A stretch of 64,000 nucleotides of DNA from the human T2T-CHM13v2.0 reference genome, Homo sapiens, in the NCBI RefSeq assembly GCF_009914755.1, contig NC_060939.1, one strand, 5' to 3'. Made by a program: the position numbers and the translations under genes. The notes beneath the pieces are model-generated. The model saw only the letters and a program-made list of their open reading frames with translations, was not told the DNA's origin and did no database searches. Positions 1 to 13,930 of this stretch are shown one piece after another (the first letter of the stretch is position 1; every line of letters begins with the position of its first letter).

Positions 1-1360
1 TAAACCTGTTTGTGTGCAACAGAGAGGGCATATGTTGCAGTAATGTCAGAAAGCTATACATTACGCAAAAACAGCTAATGGCCAGGTGCTGCATTACCTT
101 CCTAGTGTTATGGTTGTAAGGCCAGTAAAACGAAAACCTCAGCTGACAAGCGATCTTTATAGCTCATCTAGGCCAATGCATGGTATGCTTGTATGTATGT
201 GTGTATTTGTGCATGCACATGTGAAAGACAGAGAAATAAAGAGCATGTTAGTAAGGGAGAACAGAAGGTATCTGAAAGACAAAATAAGCATATTTATAAA
301 ATTGGAGACATAATGGGATTGGGTCAGTGTTTCCATCTCTTTACTAGTGGTGCATGTCTGTAGAAATGTATTTTGCAAAGGTTCTCAATTTTCCTTGATT
401 CACATGACTTATACAGACCTTAAAATGGATAATGATGGATCATAATGAGAGACAGAAGGCGAGTCAGACAGGGAAGCAGCTGGAGACTAGAAGTGATGGA
501 AGGGCACTGATCCTCAAAGTGCTAAGGCATTTTAATCACCTCAGACTTGGTCTCAAGTGCTAGCACCTTCAGAGACTAATAACTGTGATCCTTAGCAAAA
601 GAAAATTGGGCTTGTGACATCTTGAATAGGGGAAAAATGACACTTCTTGTTTTTAGGTACAAATGAGACACTTAGGCAGTCCAGAGCAAGACAGCCCTGT
701 AGGAATTTCCTCAGGGGGTAGGTAATAGATCAATGTACTTTATCACTGCCTGGGTCCTGAAACTAGTCTCCTTTTCCCACATAAAGAGCTCATGAGGAGA
801 ACAGTGCCAGAATATGCCATTTTGGGAGAACTGAAATTGAAATTTTCCGGTTAAAATTCATTTAATAAGCTTTTCTCATAGACCTTTTAAATCTCAAATG
901 TTAAAAGGAAGGAAACAGAAAGACAGAACTGCTAATTCAGTGGCACTGTATTATCTAAGACATTCACTTTAACCTATGACCAAAGTCATTCATTCTACCA
1001 TTTTTGTTCTCTTCATGTAAAAGGAAAATTCAGTTAGAATATAACAACCTTCTGGGCTTTTCTGTCCGTTTTCTCTCTCTTCCCTTGATCCTCATGCTGG
1101 ATAAATGCTTCACTAGAAGATATCTCCCTTGGTGGTTGAGCCAAGTGGACATGTCAGTTTTGTGAATTTACATGATTCTTCCAGGAAACATGATAATGAT
1201 TCTGAAAATAATACTTGATCCAAACTTTATAACTTAAGACTGTTTTTCTGGCTCTGTAACTTAGAGCAAGAAAGTCTTTCAGTAGTAATTTCAGTTAATC
1301 AAACAGTTTCATGGATGAAATGAATGTTCATGTAATACTGTTCACTTGCCCCAGACCTGC

Positions 1361-1410
1361 CTGTGTGTGTATGTCTGTGTGTGTGTGTATGTCTGTGTGT
1401 GTGTGTGTGT
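1361..1410. repeat. Interrupted (TG)n microsatellite
   Basis: TG runs broken twice by TATGTC. Confidence 0.95.
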
Positions 1411-1649
1411 AATGCAAAGTGAATGAAAATACACTATAACCTGGATAACTGGCCAAAAGACACAAATGAAATTCATTCAGACTAGAGGCACAGGAAATTC
1501 AGTGCCTAAGAATGAGGGGATACATGAAATAACAGACAGAGATATTTAGCATGGTACTATATCCCTGTTTCTACAAACAACTGTCACCTTCAATATAGGA
1601 AAGCTTTCTGAGTGTGTCTCTCCTACAACCAACACTGCTGAGCAGTCAT

Positions 1650-2090
1650 TCTTGATGCAACACCGCCTACCTCCACCCCAACTCATTAATTCACTGCTGC
1701 TATAAGTTTTGCAGGTAACAACTCACATCTGTACCCTTCTCCAGAAGCTTGCCCTTTGGTGATTGGATCTGCCTCACCCTGAGGCAGCCAGGAACCCAAG
1801 ACTGAGTGGTCTGAGTGTGTGAGTGGGTGGGAGGTGGTGGTAATAAAGCTCTACCACTTTGTTGCCACAAGGCAGGCAGTCTTGACAGTACAAATGTTTA
1901 TGTTTCAGAAGTCCTGTGGTATCAGGTTGAAGCTAGATATCACCTGAAATCACATCTTTACTTAGCCTCTCTCCTCCATCCTAATTTTCTCACTTCTTCT
2001 GAGGTTTCTCCCAAGAGTACCCTCTGAATAAATCATTTACATAAGAATCACGTCTCAGGCTCTGCTTCTGAGGAAGCCAGATATAAGACA
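1650..2090 (+). mobile_element. ERVL solo LTR, LTR33/LTR16-like
   Basis: 3' end AATAAATCATTTACATAAGAATCACGTCTCAGGCTCTGCTTCTGAGGAAGCCAGATATAAGACA resembles LTR33-type termini; 5' boundary approximate. Confidence 0.65.
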
Positions 2091-2779
2091 AATAGTTACA
2101 AATGACACTCAGAAATGTTCCTAAATGCCATTATTTCATGTTCTAAATGAAGACATTTTGTTCATCAATTCTTTAACAAACATTTTCAGAGTCTCCTAGT
2201 GGTACTGACTGCCAGCCAGCAGTTACACTTGAGTATTAATTACTACCTTTATTGGTAGACCAGTGTTTTTACAATTGTTTGAATATTGTATTGCTTTTCA
2301 CTCATATAACTTTATGAGAATAGGAAATTAAAAAATTAAAGTACTCATAATAAAAAGAAGGGATGTAGCCCTAAAAGAAAAAAACAAACAATGAAATTAA
2401 AGCAAAGATGAAAATCATCAGGGCTGCACTCAAATGATATCTTTAGCTTCAAACCTTCTAAATCAACATAAGTGAGCAGAATGTGATCCACTGTGAAGGA
2501 AACGGACAAAATAAAAAATATGTGCAAAAGGCTGGAAATAGGGCATTGGATATTTTGTCTAAAGGAAAAAGGGTAACTATGGATTTTATAAAATCACTAT
2601 ACTAATCTTAATTATCTGAGAACACAACTCTTCATTATAGTGTCTCCCTTTTTGAAACTTTTTAAGAAGTTTTATGTGTTTTAGAGAGACATTATAGATG
2701 AATATAGATAACTGCATAGCACTAGGCCATTAAAATTTTGAAGGGTCAAGGGTAAGAAATCCAGTGGATAGCGAAGGGG

Positions 2780-3225
2780 GATGTAAGTTTGGCAGGCCTA
2801 GAGGTGTACTACACAGATCTCACTGCAAGTACCTGCTACAGGGCATACTGACAAGTGGCCTCTGTCTGTGGCACCTTCAGCTCTGTTGCAGTGTCAGCAC
2901 TGAGGCTGGGACTCAGCAGAGAAGAGGCACCAGGGCTAGGTCATTTCTGCCCCATGCAGGTCTCCTCAAATATCACCTTGATCTAGAATTCCTCATCAGC
3001 CTGGCCAAGGCTTTCTCAGAAAAGCATTCAGTCTGAAGCTCCTCCTGCCCAATTCTCCCCGCTTTCTCTCTTCTTTCACAGATGCCAGACCTGTATGATA
3101 TTCTGAAGGCTTTTCTAGCTTTATATTTGTTCCTTCTTCATCCACATTAGGTGTTTCTCCCAGTAACTCTCTTGTGATCCAATCTGTCTTGGCACATTCT
3201 TTTCTCTAAAACCAAAATCGGCACA
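2780..3225 (+). mobile_element. Old ERVL LTR (LTR16 group)
   Basis: GC-richer block ending CTCTTGTGATCCAATCTGTCTTGGC...GGCACA, like LTR16-group 3' ends. Confidence 0.5.
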
Positions 3226-3449
3226 AAGAGGTATGATTGGGGGTGGAAATACGCATTATTTAGACACCGAGTCCTCTCAATGAAAAGCTTGGAAAATGAT
3301 GCTGGAAGGTTAGTTTCCAAAGGGTTGTGTAGCTGCTAGGCTTTGTAGTTTTCTGCTATGAACCTATAAGGCTAACAAATAAAGCAAATAGAACAACTCA
3401 AAGAATCAGTGTCTTAATTCAGACTTCAGACCGCAAAAAAAGCACTCAA

Positions 3450-3615
3450 GCAGTAAGAACTCATATTTGAATTCCATGTGCTTGGAGTCCATTTTATCCC
3501 ACTTGGCTTTAGTTTCTTTACCTAGAAAATCATATATAATAATGTTTATGTTGCAAAGATGTTGCAAAGATAAAATGACTTAATATATGTGGAGATGCCT
3601 AATAAATAATCAATA
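3450..3615 (+). mobile_element. MIR SINE fragment
   Basis: Core-like TTAGTTTCTTTACCTAGAAAAT...GTTGCAAAGATAAAATGACTTAATATATGTG. Confidence 0.6.
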
Positions 3616-4234
3616 GATAGTTTCCTCCCAGCTAAACACTCAGCTACTTGACATTATCCACAGAAAATATGTAGATCATTGTCCATACTTTACAATTAGT
3701 GGAGATAAAAGGACAGAAAAAAAAACCCACAAACAACAATATTTGAATATATGGAAATCGAAAGTTATTTTCCTGTGTTACCATAACCAGTGCTTTTCTC
3801 CCTTATGTCTGAATCCCAAAGGATCTGGTTGCAAAAATGAATATATATTGTATGTTTTTAAAAATTTTTCATATGTGGAAAGAGATGATTGAAAAAATAT
3901 TTTTTATTATGCTAAGCTGTAAATGAAGAAACAGGAACTATGTAAGTTCAAATGCTAATCCTCCCACAGATGTATTACATTTCCCTAAATTACCAAAACC
4001 CCTAAATTTGGCAAAGTAGAAGAATCAATGACTTGTAGCATTCTGGATATAAATATTTTAAAAGGCAATAGAGCAGGGGCTCCAGTAAATGTGGAGAGCT
4101 AATAGAGAAGATATAAGTATTCTAGGCTGCACACAGAAGGAAATTAGAAAGGAGGTGGAAGACCTTGGAGCAGAAGAGAGTAGAGGGTAGGAAGCTAAAG
4201 ATGTTTGAGAGCAATGGTAATAAGCTATAGTGGG

Positions 4235-4590
4235 TGTCATGGTGCATTACCCAAATTTCCACCCCCCTTCTCCCAGCTAAAGCTTTTATTCTTCACTTGC
4301 TCCAGAGGTGTGGTTGCTGAACCAGCAACCCTCTCTCTCTAAGGCTTAATATGGAGTACCAAATGCCTGGCTGAAGTGACTTTAGCTGGTGCAATTCTGA
4401 AGGGCTGCCCCAGCTCCAGAGCTCTTTTTAGGAATAGCTAAGGCCTTGGTCATAACTGCATTATATTCACCTTCTCCTTCTGCCCATTCCTGCTCCCAAA
4501 ACTCCAGTCAAGGTGTTGATGCTAACAGTGTTCCCCATAAACTTGCCACATGCAAATATGCCTTTGCTTCCAAGGAACCCCACCTGGGAT
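4235..4590 (+). mobile_element. LTR16A/C-like ERVL solo LTR
   Basis: CTGAAGGGCTGCCCCAGCTCCAGAGCTC...GGTGTTGATGC...TGCTTCCAAGGAACCCCACCTGGGATA. Confidence 0.65.
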
Positions 4591-6061
4591 AGCAGCCCTG
4601 TTGAAAAGCATCAAGAGATAGAATGAATAAAGTCAGTTGAGTATCAAAGTCTTCATAATCCCCCAGAATATGTGTGAGAACAGGTTTGATCAGATTTCTT
4701 GTGGCCAACAGCAGTAGCCATTGACACATCAGGATTTGAGTACCCTTAAGGGTACAGGTTTCAGTCTGAAGACGAAATATATCCTGGGGCTTAAATTAAA
4801 AATATTTTTCCTCCAATCTATAGGGCTGAGTAAAAAACTCACTCTAGCTTTAAAAATAAATATAAATAAATAAAATCAAATAAATATATGGAAAACAACC
4901 CAAAAATAGACTTCAAAGAAGACTACCATGAAAGGCAGACTCTATGCTTATTGGTCAGTTAAAATTGGACCCAAAGAATGTTTATTCCAGTGCCTTCCAA
5001 TTGTCTAGAGCAATTTTTCTAATTTTAAGTTTGCACATTTTTAAAGCAAAAACTCAGCTTTCTGGGCTGCAGATACAAAATTTATGTCCTTCCTTGTCTA
5101 TGTTATTTATCTTAAAACTCCATTTAATTCCCTCATTTATTCCTTTTCTCTTACCTTACCTTCTATTAAAAACAAAACAACACTTAACCATAATTGCCCA
5201 TAGCTAATTACTACTGAAAATATGTATTTATTTTTTTATTTGGTTTTATGTACAGCATATTTAAAATAAGGATGCAAATTTTCACTTTAGATTTGGTCTT
5301 TTGTCTTTGTCTTCTTTTCTCCTCTTTATTGAATTTTGTTAACACTGTAATTCTTACGGAATGCCCATAGTGTGGCATGATAGCAGGGATGTAAAACAAT
5401 GAAAGTCCAGTATGTTAAACACTGTTCTCTCTGCAAGAAAATAATTAGTAAATCATGAATAAAACTGCACAGTAACATCAGATGTGATACCCTATATTCC
5501 TGGCCTATTCTTTGAAGTTTCAACTTCACCAATCTCAGCACAGATCGTCGATGTGTCATTGGCTTCAGCTAACTATTATTATTTCTGCAATTGTTTTCAT
5601 ATTTGGCTAATGACACTCCTACTTTCAGAATGGCCCTTTGGCTGATGTCAAATTATAACACCCTAAAACAAAAGTGGTATCTGTTGAGTAAGCATCCCTT
5701 TTTCCAAATTGCAAACTCATAAAAGATAGTACAAGTAAGCAAAAATGGTATTCAAAAGGGTATGGGAGGAGGGTGCAGGGAAAAGGAGGGCACCAATGCT
5801 AAAATTAATTGTATGATTATATGACATCAATTTTAAAATGAAAAATTTTCACATATTGCATGTATACATATTAAGTATTTGGAACCAAGATATAGAGAAT
5901 GTGGGTAGCTAACATATGATTTTTCTTCCAAAGGAAATGTTGCTGAAAATATATAAAGACAATTCTGAAAATCTGCATAATTTGCAGGAGAAACAACATT
6001 GCAAGTGAACTTGGACCAGGGAAGAGATGGAGCTTTGTTTACTTGGCTTATAAGCGTGGAC

Positions 6062-6282
6062 TTATATTTATTGAGCACGAATTACATGTCAGACATTTTA
6101 TGTATTAATTTACTTGTTCCTTCTAATAACCCTTTGAGGAATATGTCAGTATTTCCTTATCATATAGATGAATAATCAGGTACTCCAACGCATAACATAA
6201 CTTGCCTAAAGTCACACAGTTGTTAATTGTCAGAGCTGACATTTGCACTTAGGCAGTTCAATTCCAGTGCCTGCTCTTTTAA
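6062..6282 (-). mobile_element. MIR SINE
   Basis: ATTTATTGAGCAC...TATAGATGAA...TAACTTGCCTAAAGTCACACAG...TTAGGCAGTT..ATTCCAGTGCCTGCTCTT, antisense MIR. Confidence 0.8.
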
Positions 6283-6439
6283 AAACAATGTACTGCAGAG
6301 ACAAAGGCAGTGAGGCAAACACACATGCCCCATTAAACAGAAGGCCAGGGGGCAATCAGCACATTCACTAACCTGAGTTCTCATTTGTAACAGGGAAAAA
6401 CCAATAGATACTGCTTTATTATCCAGTCTCTTATCTCCT

Positions 6440-6556
6440 CAAAGATTGCAAGCTCCATTAAATAAGGAATCATATCTAGTCGAGCTTCATCTCTAGTACC
6501 TGGACAGGGCTTAAAACATAAGAAATAGCACATACATATCTAACAAATAAATGAAC
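6440..6556 (+). mobile_element. L2 3' end
   Basis: AGATTGCAAGCTCCAT...CTCTAGTACCTGGACAGGGCTT...AAATAAATGAA. Confidence 0.6.
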
Positions 6557-6994
6557 TTAATAAAAGAGAAATACCAGAACAAAATCCTGAAATTTTATCA
6601 TTCGTCTCTCGTTCTTGTACTCTGTGTATAGTTTTCCCTGTTTTGGCAGAAGTATATATTGTCTCAGGAACAATTTTGATTGTAAGTGAGAATGCCAAGG
6701 GAAGAAGTCAATGTTAATCATATGACTTTCAAACAAGGCCCTTGAAACCCAAAATTGAAATGAGAGCTTTGAGAGAAAAGTATTTTTTGAGGCTCAAAAA
6801 AGGAAATCCTAGCATAATTGATTTTTCTGGAGCACTGAGAGGCAATAAAAGTCCTTTCAAAGTTGAGTTGTGGGGAAAATCTTCAGAACCAGGATAAGAC
6901 AGAAAAAGAAAAAAGCAAGGATATAAAAGGAAAAGTAGACAGGGTAGACTGAGGCGTTTCAATACATGTGTAATTAGAATTCTACCGTGAAAAA

Positions 6995-7075
6995 TCAGAA
7001 AAAAATAAAAAAGGAAGGAAAAAAGCCAGAAGGGAAGGAAAGAAAGCAGAAAGGAAGGAAGGAAGGCAGACAGGC
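6995..7075. repeat. GA-rich low complexity (GGAA/GAAA)
   Basis: Nearly purine-only tract; source of the K/E/R-rich ORF 6987-7262. Confidence 0.85.
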
Positions 7076-7759
7076 AATATTCAAAGAGATGATTGTTTTG
7101 AATGAAACTCTTCTAGTTTCTATTAACTTAGTTGGTAACTACTGTCCCTGGCAGCCACCAAAGGTCCGAACAGAAGAGCAAGAGATCTACCTGCATGAGT
7201 CCCTTCAAGGGAAGGATTGCAGGCATGACTTCTATGACATAGCCACAGTGCGAAAGTTTTAAAGTTTTTTATTACTCTCAGATCCTCATGCTAGGAATGG
7301 TCACTAGATAGGGGCAAACAACAGTTCTCTGTCCCAGGTCTCCTGCAGCTGCAGCAACAGCAAGTGTGGGCATGTGGGAGCAAGCTTCCCCTATTTAAGG
7401 GTAGTCTGGGATGAGTGTCTTAATTTTGCAGGGTTACTTTCTATTGGATACTTCAAACAACTCTGTCAGCAAGAGCAGTTGAGCAGTTCGGCACAAAGCT
7501 GGTGTTGAATCAGGGCTCCATAGAAGGACTTCTTATTTATCATGGTCAGCCTACCCAGGCGTAGGCAGCAATCAACTATGGTTTCTCAATTTCTTTTAAT
7601 ACTAAGTTGACTGAGATGTTTTCTGTATGGATCAGAACTGCCAGTGCTTAGATTCAAGAAACCAAACAACAACAACAACAACAAAACCAAATCCCATGTA
7701 TAGTAACTTCAAAAAAAATCCTCAAATACATAATAGAGAATCTAAAGAATATCAAACAC

Positions 7760-8060
7760 AGATAGGAAAATCATATAAACAGCCGAAGTGAAAATACCAG
7801 TTATCTATAAAGAAAACTATTAATTTGACAGCTGGCACCTACACAGCAAGTATGGAAACCAGGAAAAACAAACCGGAATGGATATCTTCAGTAAGTTAAG
7901 AGGAAATAACTGTCCAGTTAGAATTCTAAATTCACCAAACTAAGTTACAAGAAGGCCAAAATTGTGTTTTTCCTATCAACAGATATGCAGAATGTCTGTC
8001 CTTCAGGTAAAGTAAAAAAATAAATTAGGTATTGGGAGCCAAAAAAAAAAAAAAAGGTAA
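7760..8060 (+). mobile_element. Ancient L1 ORF1 remnant
   Basis: CAGTTATCTATAAAG...TGACAGCTG...ATGGAAACCAG...GGATATCTTCA...AAATAACTGTC..AGAATTCTA resembles the L1M ORF1 C-terminal region. Confidence 0.55.
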
Positions 8061-8176
8061 ACATGTGTATTAATCTAAATACACCAGAACTATACTGAGC
8101 AATTAAAATTTGGAAACTTCAATGTCTAATATGGAGTTTCAAAATCACATTTTAATTCATTTGGTCTTGTCAAAGG

Positions 8177-8668
8177 TGTATTAGTTTCCTATTGTTGCTA
8201 TTACAAATGACCACAGACTTGGTGGCTTAAAGCTACACAAATTTACTATATCGTAGCTCTGTTTGTCTTAGGCTACAATCATTGTGGGCAGGGGCTGTGG
8301 AACACTGTAGGGAATGTCTGGGGGAGGATTCATTTCTTTGCTTTTCTAGCCAGAGGTTGCTCCCTAGAGGTCACCTACCTTACGGTCAATTCCTCCACCT
8401 TCAAAATCGGCAAAATTGGGGTAAGTCTTTCTCACACCATCTCTCTGGTTCTCCCTTTTCTGCCTCCTCCTTTCACTCCTAGGACTCTTGCAATTACATT
8501 GGGCCCAAGTGGATAATCTGGAATAATCTCCGTATCCCAAGGCCAGCAGATTAACAACTTTAATTCCATCAACAACTTTAATCCCTCTTTGCCATTTAAA
8601 GTACCATATTCACAGGTTCCAGGGATTAGTACACAGATATCTTTAGAGATCCATTATTCTGTTACTAT
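8177..8668 (-). mobile_element. MLT1D-like MaLR solo LTR
   Basis: Begins TGTATTAGTTTCCTATTGTTGCT; contains ATTACATTGGGCCCA..GGATAATC and CATATTCACAGGTTCCAGGGATTAG; ends CATTATTCTG. Confidence 0.85.
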
Positions 8669-8879
8669 AATAGGCTTCTAATTCTCTTCACCAGCTTTTA
8701 ATATACACTAAACCATTTCCAATCATGCAGAATTTTTCTATTATGGTAAACTTTGCTTATAAACTAAACTTTTAAATCACCAAAAATACTAGTGAAAAAG
8801 TAATCATTAAACAGAAAAGCAAACAGTTTTAGAAACTGTTTGGTGTTTTTTTAAATAGAGGTAAAAATGTATTTACATT

Positions 8880-9340
8880 ATGGTCTAGAAATTCCTTTAC
8901 TAGATATTTACCCAAGAGAAATGAAAACATGTTTACAAAAAGATTTGTACATGAATGTTTATAGTAGCTTTATTAATGACAGCTGAAACTGGAAACAACC
9001 CAAATATCTATAAACAGAAATTTAGATAAACAAATTGTGATATATTTAGAAAAAGGAACAAATGACTCATGTACTCAACAACACGGATAAATCACAAAAT
9101 CATTATGCTGAGTGAAAGAAGCCACATCAATAGACACAGGAATCCATAATATATGACTCATTTACATGAAGTCCTGGGCAGGCATAATAATGCATGACAG
9201 AAATCAGAATGTCTCGGCCATGGGGGAATTGGGAAAATTATTGGGAAGGGTCAAGATAGAACATTTTGGAGTGTGTTTGGGTGGTGGTTACACAGACATA
9301 TACAATTCCCAAAGCCAATGAACTTAAGAATTGTAAAATT
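8880..9340 (+). mobile_element. L1ME/MC-type 3' end
   Basis: TTTACCCAAGAGAAATGAAAACATG, CTGGAAACAACCCAAAT, TATGCTGAGTGAAAGAAGCC. Confidence 0.85.
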
Positions 9341-11633
9341 TAAATAATCTATCACAGCTCCCTTGTAACTATCCAGATAGCATCCATTAACTCCAACCTC
9401 TAGCTCTCCTGCATTGATGGTGTCAGTCCCCTTACTTATAAATTTATTCCCAAACATTCTCACTGTTCTTAAATTTACTTTTAGAGCTCCAATTGAAAAC
9501 AAAATCGATTTGATTTTGGATGGAAACAAAGTAACCAGACACATACATTGTCCAAATTTAAACATAAATGTATTCATGGAACAAATGCCCTTGCCTGTCT
9601 CTCACGGACTGATGCTTTATGTATTTCTCTTCTGAATTTATAATTGGAAATGACTGTAGTCAATGCCTCAGGACAGGAGTGCATTATTGCAGGCTCATTG
9701 ACTTTAAAAAGGTGTGTAGATATTTCCCATTAATTAGAATAAAATAAGATCAAATAATAATAGCCCAATTCGTGATAATTTCGTTCTTGTAATTGACATC
9801 ATCATACAAATGAGTTCTACGACAATGGAATATACTCAGTTAGAATTTCTTCAACCTTATTTACTTTAATTTTCCCTTATTAAAGTTTAAATTCAATCAA
9901 TTTTTGCTTACTAAAGTATATCTGAGAAGTTCACATTAGGTGGATGTGAAGTATAAAATTTAATTATATAAGATGTCAGGTTAAAATCATAGTAAAATTT
10001 GTCAAACTTCAAATTACAAGTAACTTTCAGATAGTTTATTGTCACACGCTTAAATTTTCTGCATCAAAAATCTTTTCTATAAGTGATTTCAATAAGCTAA
10101 ATGTTTTACATGTTATATTATCTTATCCTTATCCATAAATGGAACACTACCTCGCTTATTTTGTGCAAAAGTAAGGTGATATGTTAGCTTTGATGATCAC
10201 TCCACTAAGTGTAAAAACGGTATTTTTCCAAATAAAAAATTTCCAAATAAATGCTATTTTTTTAACTTTATTTTTCTATTTTAATTTTTTAAACATTTAA
10301 TGTCATTTGGAGTCATCCATATAGTTTTAAACTTTGAAATTAATTTAGAAAAAAACATGGCCTTAATTTTCCATGAGGTATTAAAAATAGTCATATTTTT
10401 CATGTCAAATTCATCTTTATATGAATGAACACAATTAAACCAATTAAACACTGCACATCTGCAATTATTGACAAATAGGGGTTTTTTTGCTTCAGACCCA
10501 TGACAAAACTAAAAAAAAGTCTTAAAATCACATATCCTTGAGTGTATTTGCACTATCTTTCCACATAAAACATACTTTGTACACAATAAGTGTTTGACAT
10601 TTGCTGAAGTGCTATATTTTAGACACTATTGAATTTAAAAACATTAAAGAGCCATCTTCAGATTGAGGTATTACATATTTGCCAGAGGAAAGATACAAAG
10701 TCCTTCAGAGAACTAGAAACTCCTAAGTCTGTTTTCTTTGCTGCCCAGTTTGGTACTTCCTGCAATCTTTTCTATATCTGCACAAATCTTGGTTGGTAAA
10801 CTTAGACTCCGTGGTTATTAGGAAGGATTCAGCTTTTGTCTGGGGAAAACCAGTTTAAATTTGTATACAATAGAAAAGCTTCTCACTAGCTTCAACTGTT
10901 AGCACAATTTGCTCCAGGATTAAAAAAAGTTAAAAAAAATACCTCATGGACACTCTATATTCTACTTTACTAATTAAATTTCTTCTAAGTCATATTTACA
11001 CGTTTTTATCATTTTGAATGACATTTACTTAATTTCCTCCAGGAGGTTCATGTGTTTAGTAAATTTCTAAATAAGTTCAATCTGACTTCTTTGTCTCTCC
11101 TAGAATCCCTTTAGTTAGCCAGTCACTGCTGACAATCAAGATAGTTGTCATCATATCCATTGTTCACCACCTTGCTTTAATGTTTGCATGTGAAGCAAAC
11201 ACTCTCTCTACTTGAGTCCAGTCCTTTATCACATAAGGCTCATTAGGATTTTCTGACTTGATGAAGGGAAAACATTAGGATTACCTGGAAAGCCCCTGAG
11301 GATCAAGCTCCCTGATTCTCAGTTATTCTACTCTAGATTCTTCCACTGTTAAGGAGAAGGTGCCTAGGATACTTGGAGTTGAAGCTATTATTTAGGCCTG
11401 AAAGTTCCCTGAAACTCGCCATTTAAATTTCACAAAGGCACTGATATCCCTCTGCCTGGGCTCAGTGACCCCAAATTGCAGTTTATTCTGTTGTACAGAT
11501 TGCACTTCTCTAACCCCACCCATGTTTAGCCTGAATCTATGAACAACCTTTGTGTACGTGGCCAGATGCTGACAGATGAAAGTAAACACAGAAGCCAAAA
11601 AATAAAAAGAAAAATCTCATCAGCTCAGCTGAG

Positions 11634-11640
<7 letters not shown>

Positions 11641-11678
<38 letters not shown>
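11641..11678. repeat. (TG)19 microsatellite
   Basis: Perfect dinucleotide run. Confidence 0.98.
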
Positions 11679-11681
<3 letters not shown>

Positions 11682-11767
11682 CATTTCAGGCCAATTCAAA
11701 ACTAACAGAGATAGTCATGAGGTAGTTTACATCATGATATAACCTCATGGGTTCTGCAACCATGGTT

Positions 11768-11900
11768 TTTGTTCAGTAATCACTAGTTGAGTATTTACTG
11801 TGTGCCAGGCACTGAAATAGGCATTATGAAGGATACAAAATATTACAGAGACAAAAAAAGGAAGTCCACAACTGACTGTTACCAATTTAGTCTTAAAGGG
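11768..11900 (-). mobile_element. L2 3' fragment
   Basis: TTGAGTATTTACTGTGTGCCAGGCACTG...AGGATACAAA. Confidence 0.65.
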
Positions 11901-13527
11901 AGTGGCAATTTGCCACTTGGTCGACTGTAGCAATGGGGGTAAAAGTTGAGGTTCAGGGTCATGTACAAAGGCTGCTGATTGTCCCTGAGTAACTCTTCTT
12001 CTTCTTGAGGAGGTCTGTGATGAGGAAATAATCACAGATTGCTTTGTGGAATGAATGAATGATTGGAGGAGATCACCTTTCAGTGGCTTCAATAAGCAGC
12101 TATAGTTCTCATATGCTTTCAGTGACTTTTCTCTGTTATCTGACCCTCCAGATAGAATATTCAAGTACAGAGTTATACAGCATGCAGTCAGCACACCTTT
12201 GTTCTTTGTACCATTTTTATGAATCTACCTGTTCTCACAGTGAGAGTTGTGTCTTTAAATTGTGAGTTTGTTCATGTGTCATCCTAATAGGTTTATCTCT
12301 TTTGCTGGTGGGTCTTCCTCCTTTATCTGCAATAACAAATCTTGACTGCTTTATGGATCATTTATGCTGCTTAATCTCAACATAATGTCTATTCTCTTGC
12401 TTTAACCATGACACGTGGACCAAAGTCTTGCTTTTGAATTCCAAGCCATTCTCTACCCATCCTCAGAAGTACTGGGAGGATCTGCTTGGGGCTCTGTATA
12501 TTGGACTAATCTTATCTGAGGTCACATAGCGTGAGCGAGATCATAAAAAGTGGGAAGACCCAGCGAGGTGAGCTTTAGCTATAATGCTAGTGGGGCAATT
12601 CAGAGGCCAAAAGTTTGCATGTCAAATGTAAACACAAACTACAGACAACATGGGGTCAAAATGAATATCCAGAAGACAGACAGACTTGAGATCAGAGAAG
12701 AAATAAAGTGGGGAAAACAAAGGGTCTTTGGCTTCAGATTGTTGTACTATTAGTGTGATTGACTGCTGCCTGCTATGTGGATTTAGATCAACATCAATTC
12801 TAGGTATTCCTTCTCCTTTTATGCTTTAGAAATACCCACACCTAATCCTTCACTACTTTACCATATCTGAATTTCAGGTAGATCTTTGAAGGAATCTCCC
12901 ATTTCTTGACACACATGTGGCAAATAATTAAATGCTTGTCAGCAACGTAATTTTACTGTAATGCTGGAGAGAATCCTGGGTAATGTTCTGTCTTGAAACT
13001 CTGGTGATTTAATTGTACTGCATTCCTAGCATTTATAGTAAGTTTTTGTGGAGCCCTGCTCCCCAAGGTAAGCCCAGTGTTTGAAGCAACAATATTAAAT
13101 TTTACCACATTTAGTTAGTCCAGAGTGTAGGATGACTTTCCACTTTTACAGCTCTTCTCTTGTACACAGATCTTCCAACAACTCATTCAGGGCCATGAGT
13201 TCAACTTTTACATTGACTCCTCACCTACGATATGTTCTTTAGTTCTCCCCAGTAATCACTAAGTTTCCTCTCTGGAAGGGCAACATGTCTGTAATAATTT
13301 GAAAGCAATTTTTGTTGAAGTCTATTTTTAGGAGGTAAAATGCATTTAGCATTGGGAAAATAAGTATGCAGGAGACACAGAAAGGCAGCTCTCTCATCTG
13401 TGGCTCTGTTATAGACACTACCTTTGTGAATAGAAAAAGATAATTGGGAGAATCATCTTCAGTTTGTTTCTCTGGGAATCCATCAGCCAAAGGCCAAGTT
13501 TTGCTGTTAACAGTAGATGCTCTGTCA

Positions 13528-13930
13528 GTTAAACTCAAAAAATGTTTATTGAGCTCTATTACTTGATTCACAGTGTTAAGCATGCAATTAAAATGTATAA
13601 ACAAGTAAAAGACATGATTCTATCCTTCAAGGAACTTGTAAACATGTTTTTGTAAAAAACAAACAACAACAACAAAAAAACAAAATAAAACAAAAACAAA
13701 GCCTAAGAAACAAATCAGAGAAAGGTAAACGGACTGTAAAAACATACATACTAGATTGTGTGATATAAACAAGTGCTACATGCTTTGCAAGAAAGGAAAA
13801 TAATGTTAATTGGGGAAATTATGACAGATGACCAGGAAAAGTTCTGAGTCATACTTGTCCTTAAAGGGTAGGTCCAATAACACAAACCATAGTGAAGGTA
13901 ACTGGCATTCTAGGTAGAGAAACAGCATTA
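13528..13930 (-). mobile_element. L2 fragment with internal (CAA/A)-rich tract
   Basis: ACTCAAAAAATGTTTATTGAGC...GACATGATTCTATCCTTCAAGGAACTT...GGCATTCTAGGTAGAGAAACAGCAT. Confidence 0.6.

Noticed and set aside
5553-5616. Pre-miRNA-like hairpin (GTGTCATTGGC ... GCTAATGACAC)
   Set aside because: Only an 11-bp stem; the ~40-nt interior pairs poorly
11745-12194. 149-aa minus-strand ORF (longest in the track)
   Set aside because: Non-ATG start, partly L2-derived, no recognisable domain or exon structure
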